Source: an uncultured Alphaproteobacteria bacterium
Lineage (GTDB): Bacteria > Pseudomonadota > Alphaproteobacteria > RF32 > CAG-239
Direction: 5' to 3'
Assembly: GCA_944392835.1 (NCBI GenBank)
Contig: CALXYB010000003.1
Span: 2,179-66,178, forward strand
DNA: 64,000 bases
Position 1 is the stretch's first letter, and the number at the start of each line of letters is the position of its first letter. The notes beneath the pieces were generated by a model. That model had not been told where the DNA came from, did no database searches, and saw only the letters and a program-made list of their open reading frames with translations. The position numbers and the translations under genes were made by a program. Below, piece after piece: positions 36,465 through 45,277 of this stretch.

Positions 36465-37034
36465 ATGGCTTATACCGATATCAGCATTTGTTCAAATGCT
36501 TTATTAAAAATCGGCGCGGAGAGCATAACATCTTTTCTGGACGGAACAGCGGAGGCAGAAGTTGCCGCAAACTTATACCCGATGATAAGAGACGGTTTGT
36601 TAGCCTCATATCCTTGGAGCTTTGCCGTTGGCCAAAAATCTTTACCGCGTTTGGCCGGAGGTCCTCTGGCAGATTATAGTTATGCATACCAGTTGCCTAA
36701 CGACTTCTTGCGTGTTTTGTCAGCAGGAAGCGGAAGAAATGGCAGAGGCATAGAATATCGCATCGTTGAAAACCGTCTGCATACAAATGTTCCGGAAGTT
36801 AATCTGACATATATTTTTCGCCCGCATGAAAGCTTGTTTCCGGCATATTTTTGCGAACTGCTGATTGCGAGATTAGCTTCAGAATTTTGCCTCCCGTTGA
36901 CTGAAAGCACCACACGTTCGGAATATCTGCAAAAAACCTTTGAGGAACTGGAAAAAAGAACCCGTTTGATTGACTCACAACAATCAACCCCCAAATGTTT
37001 TGAGGACTTCACACTGGTGGAGGCAAGACAATGA
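36465..37034 (+). CDS. Tail adaptor/gatekeeper, T7 gp11-like
   Basis: 189 aa (T7 gp11 is 196 aa). ICSNALLKIGAESITSFLDGTAEAEVAANLYPMIRDGLLASYPWSF parallels T7 gp11 [46 protein letters not shown] as I recall it. Confidence 0.7.
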   Translation: MAYTDISICSNALLKIGAESITSFLDGTAEAEVAANLYPMIRDGLLASYPWSFAVGQKSLPRLAGGPLADYSYAYQLPNDFLRVLSAGSGRNGRGIEYRIVENRLHTNVPEVNLTYIFRPHESLFPAYFCELLIARLASEFCLPLTESTTRSEYLQKTFEELEKRTRLIDSQQSTPKCFEDFTLVEARQ

Positions 37035-38932
37035 GTAATATGCTTCAGGTCAAAACAAATTTCACGGCCGGATATATCGGGCGAAATTTGTATGGGCGAG
37101 GTGATTTAAGCATATTTGAAAATGGTGCTCGCACGTTAGAAAATGTCATTATCCATCCAACCGGCGGGGTATCAAGACGCAAAGGCTTGGCAAAAGTAGA
37201 TAAACTAAGCAAACGCGCGAGATTAATACCATTTGAGTTTAATACGGAGCAAATTTACCTAATCGCCATAAGCGAAGGAGAAATACGTGTTTATAGTGAA
37301 GGTGTTTGCATCAAGACATTGAGCTCTCCTTGGACAGAGGAACAGCTACATTCATTAAATTATACGCAAAGCGCGGATACCTTGTTGGTCGTCCATCCGG
37401 ATGTTGCGCCGCAACAAATCACGCGCGGTAATAATGAAGATTGGCAAATCTCAAAGATGGAATATTATACAAAAGACGGAAGAATTTATTGTCCGTTTTA
37501 TAATTATTATAACCATAAAGTAAATATCTCACCAAGCGGAACAAGTGGAACAATCACCATATCATCCCCCTCAGAAATATTTACAACAGCTTCTATCGGA
37601 AGTCTGATTAATGTTCGCGGAGGGCAGGTAACAATAAGTGAATATGTTAGCCCAACAGAAGTAAAGGCAACAGTAAACTATAAACTTTCATCATCAGGTT
37701 CAACGAACGACTGGGAGGAATCAGCTTTTTCACCACAAAGAGGTTGGCCGAATTCTATAACCTTTCATCAAAATCGGCTAGTCTTTGGTGGCTCTAAGAG
37801 TTTGCCAAACCGCTTATGGTTTTCCAAATCGGGAGATTTATTTAATTTTGATATCGGAGAAGGATTAGATGATGAGGCCATAGAGTTTGGCATATTGTCA
37901 GATCAAGTTAATGTTATCAAATCATTAGTTTCTGCAAGACATTTATTGGTTTTTACGACCGGTGCGGAATGGATGGTAAGTGGAAATCCCTTAACCCCGA
38001 CCAGCATTCAACTCAGTCGTCAAACCAGCACGGGAAGCTATGACCAATGCAGTATATATCCGCAACAAATTGACGGCGCTACGGTATTTGTATCACAAAG
38101 CGGACATCAATTGCGCGAATTTTTATATACCGATACGGAACAAGCATATCAGTCAAAAGACTTAACCCTAATGTCCGGAGAGATAATAAGCACCCCCGTA
38201 GATAACGACTTTAGCCGTGATGAATGTGTTTTATATATTGTATTGGCAGATGGTACGGTTTCTTGCCTGACCAGTTATCGCACGGAAGAAGTAACCGCTT
38301 GGAGCAAATTAAAGACGGAAGGAAAGTTTTTATCAATAGCCGTAATTGGTAATGAAATTTATTTCTGTACCCTAAGAAAAAATGGTTACTTCATTGAAAA
38401 GATGAGTGATGAATTTTATGCCGATTGCGCTATCAAACTTCATTCGGAAACTCCAAAAAACTTGTGGTCAGGCTTGGAGCATCTGGAAGGATGTGAGGTT
38501 TCTGTTCTGGCTGATGATTTTAGTGTCGGAAAATACAAGGTTGAGGATGGCTGCATAGATTTATTGGAGGAGGCCTCGGATTTGGTCGTTGGTTTGCCTT
38601 ATGAACATATCATTGAGCCGTTACCTTATGTTGCCGATGCTGTCAGACCATACTCACCACAAGCCTTAAGGGTAATTAGCGGCCTTTTCCGTATCTTAAA
38701 TACACGCTGTTTTTGTATTGATATGGGAAGTGGTTATTTGCAAGTTCCGCTAAAACGTCTTTTTAAGGATGAAATTTTAGATGCTCCACCGAGTTTTTAC
38801 AGTGGTGATGTCCGCCTTCGTGCTTTGGGTTGGATAAGAGAGATGGACAAGCCGCTTTGGAGCATAAAATCAGATGAACCGTTGGCATTTACCTTATTGT
38901 CAGCAGTATTAGAAGTTAAAATCAAAGGATAA
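37031..38932 (+). CDS. Tail nozzle, T7 gp12-like
   Basis: 633 aa. RGWPNSITFHQNRLVFGGSKSLPNRLWFSKSGDLFNFD parallels T7 gp12 WPSFVGSSINDVFFFRNRLGFLSGENIILSRTAKYFNFYP as I recall it. The gene overlaps the gp11-like stop. Confidence 0.7.
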   Translation: MSNMLQVKTNFTAGYIGRNLYGRGDLSIFENGARTLENVIIHPTGGVSRRKGLAKVDKLSKRARLIPFEFNTEQIYLIAISEGEIRVYSEGVCIKTLSSPWTEEQLHSLNYTQSADTLLVVHPDVAPQQITRGNNEDWQISKMEYYTKDGRIYCPFYNYYNHKVNISPSGTSGTITISSPSEIFTTASIGSLINVRGGQVTISEYVSPTEVKATVNYKLSSSGSTNDWEESAFSPQRGWPNSITFHQNRLVFGGSKSLPNRLWFSKSGDLFNFDIGEGLDDEAIEFGILSDQVNVIKSLVSARHLLVFTTGAEWMVSGNPLTPTSIQLSRQTSTGSYDQCSIYPQQIDGATVFVSQSGHQLREFLYTDTEQAYQSKDLTLMSGEIISTPVDNDFSRDECVLYIVLADGTVSCLTSYRTEEVTAWSKLKTEGKFLSIAVIGNEIYFCTLRKNGYFIEKMSDEFYADCAIKLHSETPKNLWSGLEHLEGCEVSVLADDFSVGKYKVEDGCIDLLEEASDLVVGLPYEHIIEPLPYVADAVRPYSPQALRVISGLFRILNTRCFCIDMGSGYLQVPLKRLFKDEILDAPPSFYSGDVRLRALGWIREMDKPLWSIKSDEPLAFTLLSAVLEVKIKG

Positions 38933-38948
38933 AAGAAAGGAGAAAATC

Positions 38949-39470
38949 ATGGGAGGATTATCAGCGGCCGCAGCTGCCGGAACAGCAGGTTCAGCAGGAG
39001 CAGCGGGAGCAGCAGGTTCAGCCGGAGCAGCAAGCAGCATTTTAGGCGGAGCTTCTGCTCTGGGTGCATCAAAAATAGCATCACAAGCAAGTGGCGGCTT
39101 ATCATTAAAGTCGCTATTAGGACCAATCGGTACGGCAAGTGATATAAAAAGCATTTTTGATTCTAAAAGTTCGGCCAAAAGGCAAGAAAAAAATGCTACA
39201 ATATTACAATATCTGAATATGCAACGTAAGAAGAATATCTTGGAGCAACAACTAGCTACAAGACATGCGCGTATGTCCAGTATGGGTATATCATCTTCCG
39301 CTTCGGCAGATGCAGCCAATAATCGGCTTATTGATGAAGCTTTTGATGATATTGAGAGAGATAACGTCGCATTCATGTCTCAGCAAGAAGAATACAACAA
39401 TACCCAAAACCAATATCGTAAGAATCTTCTGGATAAAGGGTTATCTATCGCCAATAAAGTATTAAAATAA
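38949..39470 (+). CDS. Gly/Ala-rich virion-associated protein candidate
   Basis: 173 aa. The N-terminal ~60 aa are low complexity (GGLSAAAAAGTAGSAGAAGAAGSAGAASS), followed by a coiled coil. This is the position of internal or tail-accessory proteins. Confidence 0.4.
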   Translation: MGGLSAAAAAGTAGSAGAAGAAGSAGAASSILGGASALGASKIASQASGGLSLKSLLGPIGTASDIKSIFDSKSSAKRQEKNATILQYLNMQRKKNILEQQLATRHARMSSMGISSSASADAANNRLIDEAFDDIERDNVAFMSQQEEYNNTQNQYRKNLLDKGLSIANKVLK

Positions 39471-39479
39471 GGAGGTATA

Positions 39480-39674
39480 ATGCCGAGAAGAAAGCTCACC
39501 TATCAAGAAAAACGTCGTAGGGCTTATGAAAAAACTTTACCTTTGGGCGACCAATTAGATGCCATTTTGAAAGCTTTTGATATGGTTTTGCAAGATGGAG
39601 GCGATTTGCCTTATGAGTTGATAGACATTATTGAAAAATGGCAAGATATTAAAGAAAAATATCCCAAGTCCTGA
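39480..39674 (+). CDS. Small protein, last gene of the late operon
   Basis: 64-aa ORF with RBS aaggagg, followed by a strong terminator. Confidence 0.4.
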   Translation: MPRRKLTYQEKRRRAYEKTLPLGDQLDAILKAFDMVLQDGGDLPYELIDIIEKWQDIKEKYPKS

Positions 39675-39677
39675 TAA

Positions 39678-39718
39678 ATATCCCCCGAAGTTTGGCTTCG
39701 GGGGATATATTTTTTTTG
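39678..39718 (+). terminator. Strong intrinsic terminator ending the late operon
   Basis: atatcccccgaag tttgg cttcgggggatat followed by a T-run of 8. Confidence 0.8.
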
Positions 39719-39785
39719 TATGTTTATTTTATATTAACAATTTTTTTGTAAAGAAACTTAAGGATAAATAGGGAAGGTAGAACCA

Positions 39786-40499
39786 TTGCCGGATTTAATC
39801 ACAGAGGAAATCGTACACGTTAAAGGTCATCCCAAGCGGTTGGTCGTGTTTTTGCATGGCTATATAGATTCATCTGAGGTCATAGATAAAACCATAACGC
39901 CGCTGATAGATAAACTTGATGACGTTGCCGTACATGTGCCGCAATCACCTTTTATGTGCGAAATACACCCCAACAAAAGGCAGTGGTATTCTATGCACCG
40001 TTTTGATCCCAATGACGACCGTAAGACCGTGCCGACATTGAAAGAATGCGTCGCTTTTTATGAAAAAATGGCCCCGGGTTATCGCGAAGCTTTTGAATAT
40101 GTAAACCCCTATATTGATAATTGTTTGAACGAATATCAACTGGAAGATAAGGATTTGTATTTATGCGGTTTTTCGCAAGGTGCAATGTTGGCGACATATA
40201 TATCATTGATGCGGGAGAACAAAATCGGTGGCTGTATAAGCTTCAGCGGTATTGTTGCACCAGCAAAATTTTTGCTAAAGCATGCCAAAAGTTCGCCGGA
40301 TATGCTGCTCATACATGGAGATGAGGATAATTTAGTGCGCTTTGAGGCGCTGGATTTCTCCAAACAAAATCTGCAAAAAATGGGCTGTGCGGTAGAAACT
40401 TATGTTATAAAAGGAGGCCGCCATCGTGTTACGGAAGATGCCTTGGATGCGGCTGCAAAATATCTGAAAGCAAAGTTTATAAAAATGGCTGCGGAATAA
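39786..40499 (+). CDS. Phospholipase/carboxylesterase-family alpha/beta hydrolase
   Basis: VVFLHGY..., nucleophile elbow GFSQGAML, and late HGDEDNLV plus GGRH motifs. TTG start. Confidence 0.75.
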   Translation: MPDLITEEIVHVKGHPKRLVVFLHGYIDSSEVIDKTITPLIDKLDDVAVHVPQSPFMCEIHPNKRQWYSMHRFDPNDDRKTVPTLKECVAFYEKMAPGYREAFEYVNPYIDNCLNEYQLEDKDLYLCGFSQGAMLATYISLMRENKIGGCISFSGIVAPAKFLLKHAKSSPDMLLIHGDEDNLVRFEALDFSKQNLQKMGCAVETYVIKGGRHRVTEDALDAAAKYLKAKFIKMAAE

Positions 40500-41514
40500 T
40501 CAAACCACCGTCTTTCATAAGCTTATTTTGCTCTCTCTCAAGTTTAAATTCAGATTTTTTTCCCAAATTTCTTTCATAGATTTCGCCATAATTCCCAAGC
40601 TCTTTAAGCTCTTGGCGAAGCCATTGCGGATTCTGAACCTTAAACTTGTTCCACAAGTCAGGATTAACACCGAGCAGATTCTTTGTGGAAGTATCGCTGA
40701 CCCCGATAAAAATATCAATATTTTCAGATGTAATGCCGATATCTTCAGCCAATTTGAGCGCATTAAGCAACCATTTTGCCGAAATCCGCCATGTGTTATT
40801 TCCTTTTGAAGCAAAAGCATAAACCGGTTTAACGCTGATAACTTCAGGCAAAACCTGAGTCGTTGTGTCTTTGATACCGGTAGATTTCAAGACATTTGTC
40901 AAAAATAAAGCATTTCCGGTTAACAGCGTGCAACGATTAAGCAAAAAAGCTTCTTTGGCACGTTGGTTGTTGGAGAAGAACAAAGGTTTAAGGTCAAGAT
41001 TATAACGTGCGTTATACTCTTCCAGATTATATTGGTCATCAGAGTTGTTAACAACACAAACTTTTTGCCCTTTATAGTCTTCCATAGAGGTTGCTTTGTC
41101 GGCGTTTCTGGCCAAAAACATCTGCTTGTCGTAGTAGATGATGTCAACAGGAGTTGCCAAAGAACGAATTTCGTTACTGGCAGAGTAGGGCGCACCACCG
41201 AGCATAATATCAATTTTGTTGGTGGTCAGATATTTTGAAACCATATTTGTTGAAACGTTAACCATTTCAATGCGTTCTTTGTCTCCAAGCACGGCCAAAG
41301 CCAACACGCGGCACAAATCCGCGTCAATTCCGCGCCAATAGCCGTTTTCATCTTTGTAAGCATAGGTTTGCGCGGACAAATCCGTTCCGCAACGAACCAC
41401 GCCTCTGGTCTGCATATAGCGCAAACCGGCATCAGCTGCAGCTAAAGCCTCTGAGGCAAAAGTTAAAGACAAAAAACAACAAAAAACGAATTTAAGTTTC
41501 ATTTTATTAACCAA
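40477..41514 (-). CDS. Amino-acid ABC transporter substrate-binding protein (AapJ/BztA-like)
   Basis: Signal peptide. RGVVRCGTDLS...GYWRGIDADLCRVLALAVLGD is typical of general L-amino-acid SBPs. No permease or ATPase gene is adjacent. Confidence 0.8.
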   Translation of the reverse strand: MVNKMKLKFVFCCFLSLTFASEALAAADAGLRYMQTRGVVRCGTDLSAQTYAYKDENGYWRGIDADLCRVLALAVLGDKERIEMVNVSTNMVSKYLTTNKIDIMLGGAPYSASNEIRSLATPVDIIYYDKQMFLARNADKATSMEDYKGQKVCVVNNSDDQYNLEEYNARYNLDLKPLFFSNNQRAKEAFLLNRCTLLTGNALFLTNVLKSTGIKDTTTQVLPEVISVKPVYAFASKGNNTWRISAKWLLNALKLAEDIGITSENIDIFIGVSDTSTKNLLGVNPDLWNKFKVQNPQWLRQELKELGNYGEIYERNLGKKSEFKLEREQNKLMKDGGLIIPQPFL

Positions 41515-41562
41515 ATGATGTTATACTCATACAAAAGATAGGACAATAATAAGAGATTTTTT

Positions 41563-42228
41563 ATGAAAAGTAAGATTTTTTTGCAACTTATCATATTTTG
41601 TTTTGCTTGTTTTGTCGGGCTTGCTTCAGCTGCGGAAAAAATCAATCCTAAGGAAGCAGAAGCTTGGGCAAACCAAAAGGGGCGAGCTTTGCTTGATGCT
41701 TTTTCACTTCAAGACCTCAAAAGCAAATATGCCAAGTTAGACGAGATGTTTCTAAATGATGTTGACTTAGATTATATCGGCAAGTTTGTTGTCGGCAAAT
41801 ATTGGCGGCAGATGAGTAAAGAGCAGCAGGAGAGATATATTCCGCTGTTCAAACGCTATTCTTTAAGTCTGTATAAAAGTTTTCCCTTGTCGTTTAGTCT
41901 GGATATTGATTTTAAGGTAACAAATGTAAAGCTGGAAAAAGATTACGCGGATATAACAACCCAAATCATTTTGGATGAGCCCGAACTGGCAGCGCAAAAT
42001 CAGGACAAGATTCTTGTTGTTTTTAGGGTTCATAAAGTGAAAGATAAGCTAAAAATCATAGACCTGAAGTTGGCTGAAAGTAGCTTGATTCTCTCATACA
42101 GAGGACGTTTTTATGAGATGATAAGAGAGCTTGATGATGAGATGGAGTGGTTCTTGGAAGATTTAGAAACCATCACCGCATCAGCCGAGCAACAAAACCA
42201 AATGAAGTTGGAACAACAAAATTTCTAA
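41563..42228 (+). CDS. MlaC/Ttg2D-family phospholipid-binding protein
   Basis: Signal peptide. DLDYIGKFVVGKYWRQMSKEQQERYIPLFKRYSLSLY resembles the MlaC family signature. Confidence 0.6.
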   Translation: MKSKIFLQLIIFCFACFVGLASAAEKINPKEAEAWANQKGRALLDAFSLQDLKSKYAKLDEMFLNDVDLDYIGKFVVGKYWRQMSKEQQERYIPLFKRYSLSLYKSFPLSFSLDIDFKVTNVKLEKDYADITTQIILDEPELAAQNQDKILVVFRVHKVKDKLKIIDLKLAESSLILSYRGRFYEMIRELDDEMEWFLEDLETITASAEQQNQMKLEQQNF

Positions 42229-42301
42229 AAATCTGTTGAATTTATTGTAACAAACTTATATTATCCGCTATAGTTTTGCAAAACTTTAGTGGATTTTTTT
42301 T

Positions 42302-43618
42302 ATGAGTAATAATATCAAAGTTAGATTTGCGCCGAGCCCGACCGGCTATATGCACATCGGCAATACGCGCACAGCATTGTTTAATTGGCTTTTGGCCAAA
42401 AAATTAGGTGGTCGTTTTATGCTCCGTATTGATGACACGGACAGAGAACGTTCTAAAAAAGAATATGAAGATTCCTTGAGAGAGTCTTTGGTTTGGCTAG
42501 GGTTGAACTGGACGGAGGAAGCCCGCCAGTCCGCCAGAATGGAGCGGTATAATGAGATTGTGGCACAACTCAAACAACAAGGCCGGATTTATGCTTGCTG
42601 GGAAACTCCCGAAGAATTGGAGCTGATGCGCAAGCAACTTATGGCTAAAGGACAACCGCCGATTTATGCACGCAGATTGAGCGATGAAGAAATCGCTCAG
42701 CGCAAGAAAGACGGCCGTCATCCGCATTATCGTTTCAAACTTGTTTCCGGTGAGATTAAGTGGAATGACCTGATTCGCGGCGAAGTTAAGTATGATGCCT
42801 CTAAGTTGAGCGACCCGATTGTCATCCGTGAGGATGGAACTTTCTTGTATCATCTGCCATCGGTTATTGATGATGTTGATTTTGGTATTACGCATATTGT
42901 CCGCGGTGAGGACCATGTAACCAATACAGCGGTTCAGATAGAGATGTTTAATGCTATCGGCGGCAGAGTGCCTGAGTTTGCACACTTGCCTTTGCTCACG
43001 GGTAAGGAAGGCAAGTTATCCAAACGTCTAGGGTCTTTGGGCGTTCGCGAGTTGAGAGCCGAAGGCGTTGAGCCTATGGCAATTTGCTCTTTCTTGGCAA
43101 AGCTCGGCACCTCTGAAAGTATTGAGCCTTTTTATGCTCTGGAAGATTTAGCAGCTTCTTTGGATTTTGGTCGTTTGGGACGTTCTCAGCCAAAGTTTGA
43201 TGCTGAGGATTTGCGCCGTTTCAATACGGTTTATCTGCATGCTCTGCCTTATGAAAATGTTAAGGATAGGGTGAATGTCAGTGAAGAATTTTGGAATGCC
43301 GTCCGCGGTAATTTAAGCAAAGTTGATGATGTTCAGATTTGGGCTGATGTTTGCTTTAAGAATATTAAACCTGTGCTTGAAGATGAGGTTGTAACCAAGG
43401 CTGCTGCCGAACTTTTGCCGCAAGAGCCGTGGAATGATGAAACATGGAAAACTTGGACCGATTCCATTAAGCAACAAACCGGCAAAAAAGGAAAAGATTT
43501 GTTCCACCCGTTGCGTTTGGCTTTAACAGGCTTGCCGGATGGTCCGGAACTGAAACATCTCTTGCCGTTCATCGGCAGAGAAAAGGCTCAAAAACGCCTT
43601 ATGGGAATAAGTGATTAG
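42302..43618 (+). CDS. gltX: Glutamyl-tRNA synthetase
   Basis: RFAPSPTGYMHIGNTRTALFNW (HIGH) and KLSKR (KMSKS). Confidence 0.92.
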   Translation: MSNNIKVRFAPSPTGYMHIGNTRTALFNWLLAKKLGGRFMLRIDDTDRERSKKEYEDSLRESLVWLGLNWTEEARQSARMERYNEIVAQLKQQGRIYACWETPEELELMRKQLMAKGQPPIYARRLSDEEIAQRKKDGRHPHYRFKLVSGEIKWNDLIRGEVKYDASKLSDPIVIREDGTFLYHLPSVIDDVDFGITHIVRGEDHVTNTAVQIEMFNAIGGRVPEFAHLPLLTGKEGKLSKRLGSLGVRELRAEGVEPMAICSFLAKLGTSESIEPFYALEDLAASLDFGRLGRSQPKFDAEDLRRFNTVYLHALPYENVKDRVNVSEEFWNAVRGNLSKVDDVQIWADVCFKNIKPVLEDEVVTKAAAELLPQEPWNDETWKTWTDSIKQQTGKKGKDLFHPLRLALTGLPDGPELKHLLPFIGREKAQKRLMGISD

Positions 43619-43628
43619 GAGACAGAAA

Positions 43629-45014
43629 ATGAAAATCAGCCTGCATAATACGCTGTTGCGCCGCAAACAAGAGTTTACCCCGATTGATGCAAACAATGTG
43701 CGTATGTATGTCTGTGGTCCGACAGTTTATGACCGCGCGCATCTGGGTAATGCCAAAACCTCGGTTGTTTTTGATGTGTTGTATCGTTTTCTGTGTCAGG
43801 TATATGGCAAAGAGCACGTAACTTACGTGTCTAATATTACGGATGTTGATGACAAGATTCTAAACAAGCACAAAGAAACCGGAAAATCCATCCGGGAGAT
43901 TACGGAACAGACTTTTCAGTGGTATCTGGACGATATGAAAAAGTTAAATGTTCTGAACCCGAATTATCGCCCGCGTGCAACTGAATATATTCAGGAGATG
44001 ATAGAGCTGGTTAAGTTGCTGTTGCAAAACGGTCATGCTTATGAGGCAGAGGGGCATGTTTTGTTCAGTGTAGATTCTATGCCGAATTATGGTTTTCTTT
44101 CCGGACGCTCCATGAAGGAGATGTTAGCCGGCGCGCGCATTGAGGTTGCGGATTATAAGAAAAATCCGGCAGACTTCATTTTGTGGAAACCATCTGACCC
44201 CGACCAACCCGGATGGGACAGCCCTTGGGGCTATGGCCGCCCCGGCTGGCACTTGGAATGCTCGGCGATGAGCTCCAAATTGTTGGGCGATTCTTTTGAT
44301 ATTCACGGCGGCGGTTCAGACTTGATTTTCCCGCACCATGAGAACGAATGCGCTCAGTCTTGCTGCGCACATCCCGGCTCAAGTTTTGCCAAATATTGGG
44401 TGCATGCCGGAATGTTGATGGTAGATGGTGTTAAGATGTCCAAGTCTTTGGGCAACTTCTATAATGTGGACGAGATTATATCCAAATATCCGGCAGAGGC
44501 TCTGCGTCTGTTGTTCTTGACCACACATTATCATCAGCCGTTTAACTTCACTTTTGAGGGGCTGAATCAGGCAAAAGCGGCGTTGGATAAGTTCTATAAT
44601 GCTTTGCGTCAGAATGCCGATGTTAAGGCTGAAAAAACAGCTCCGAACGCTAAGTTGATGGAAGCTCTGGCTGATGACATCAACACACCTTTGGCATTGT
44701 CTGTTCTGCACGAGATTGTCAATAATCTGAACAAAGCCGAAACAATGGAAGATAAGGCTAAGTATAAGTCTGAGCTTTTGGCTTCGGCAGATGTTTTGGG
44801 CTTGTTGTACCAAGAACCGGAAGTCTGGTTTAAGGGCGGAACCGATGAAGAAGGCGGAATGAGCGAGGCTGATATTGAGGCAAAGATTGCGGAGCGTTTG
44901 GCAGCCAAAAAGAACAAAGATTATGCTTTAGCCGACAAGATTCGCAATGAGCTGAAAGAAGCCGGCATTATCTTGGAAGACACGCCTTCCGGCACAAGTT
45001 GGAAAAGAGCATAA
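43629..45014 (+). CDS. cysS: Cysteinyl-tRNA synthetase
   Basis: CGPTVYDRAHLGNAKT (HIGH), WHLECS and KMSKSLGNF. ATG 43629 follows aggaga; the ORF track starts at 43611. Confidence 0.93.
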   Translation: MKISLHNTLLRRKQEFTPIDANNVRMYVCGPTVYDRAHLGNAKTSVVFDVLYRFLCQVYGKEHVTYVSNITDVDDKILNKHKETGKSIREITEQTFQWYLDDMKKLNVLNPNYRPRATEYIQEMIELVKLLLQNGHAYEAEGHVLFSVDSMPNYGFLSGRSMKEMLAGARIEVADYKKNPADFILWKPSDPDQPGWDSPWGYGRPGWHLECSAMSSKLLGDSFDIHGGGSDLIFPHHENECAQSCCAHPGSSFAKYWVHAGMLMVDGVKMSKSLGNFYNVDEIISKYPAEALRLLFLTTHYHQPFNFTFEGLNQAKAALDKFYNALRQNADVKAEKTAPNAKLMEALADDINTPLALSVLHEIVNNLNKAETMEDKAKYKSELLASADVLGLLYQEPEVWFKGGTDEEGGMSEADIEAKIAERLAAKKNKDYALADKIRNELKEAGIILEDTPSGTSWKRA

Positions 45015-45020
45015 TAAAGA

Positions 45021-45042
45021 AGCACCGCAAGGTGCTTTTTTT
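45021..45042 (+). terminator. Intrinsic terminator after cysS
   Basis: agcacc gcaa ggtgct followed by 7 T. Confidence 0.7.
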
Positions 45043-45047
45043 ATGTG

Positions 45048-45075
45048 TTGCAAAATAGAATGAAACCTTTATAAT
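45048..45075 (+). promoter_or_regulatory. Sigma70-like promoter
   Basis: TTGCAA, a 16-nt spacer, then TATAAT. Confidence 0.5.
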
Positions 45076-45082
45076 CACATCC

Positions 45083-45254
45083 GTCATCAGCAATGGTTAA
45101 GCTGGTGTCGGAGTGTGGAAACTCCTTACAGAAAATAATTAACCTCCCATTGTGGAGGATGGTGCGATATAAGCCGTTTTTTGCGGGCGAATAAGCACAC
45201 TGTTTCTGTACAGTTTCCAACTCCTCCGCTCTCAAGTGAGAGCGGTTTTGTTTT
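45083..45254 (+). ncRNA. Candidate ~170-nt structured leader or sRNA ending in an intrinsic terminator
   Basis: It runs from the promoter at 45048-45075 to terminator ccgctctc aagt gagagcgg + ttttgtttt (45226-45254). It contains CUCC, CCUCCC and CUCCUCC motifs. caactcctc (45218-45226) is perfectly complementary to the RBS region gaggagttg (45263-45271) of the next gene. Confidence 0.35.
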
Positions 45255-45277
45255 ATACAAAAGAGGAGTTGAACAGT

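Larger units (their letters stand above)
28085..39718 (+). mobile_element. Phage-derived cluster (T7-supergroup structural and lysis module with repressor), lacking integration, replication, core and fibre genes
   Basis: See the individual CDS entries. The late genes form one co-directional operon bounded by a strong terminator at 39678-39718. Housekeeping genes lie on both flanks. Confidence 0.7.

Noticed and set aside
38909-39376. 155-aa minus-strand ORF antisense to the Gly/Ala-rich gene
   Set aside because: It is an artefact of GC-rich GCN/GGN repeats being open in several frames. The + strand ORF has an RBS and fits the operon.
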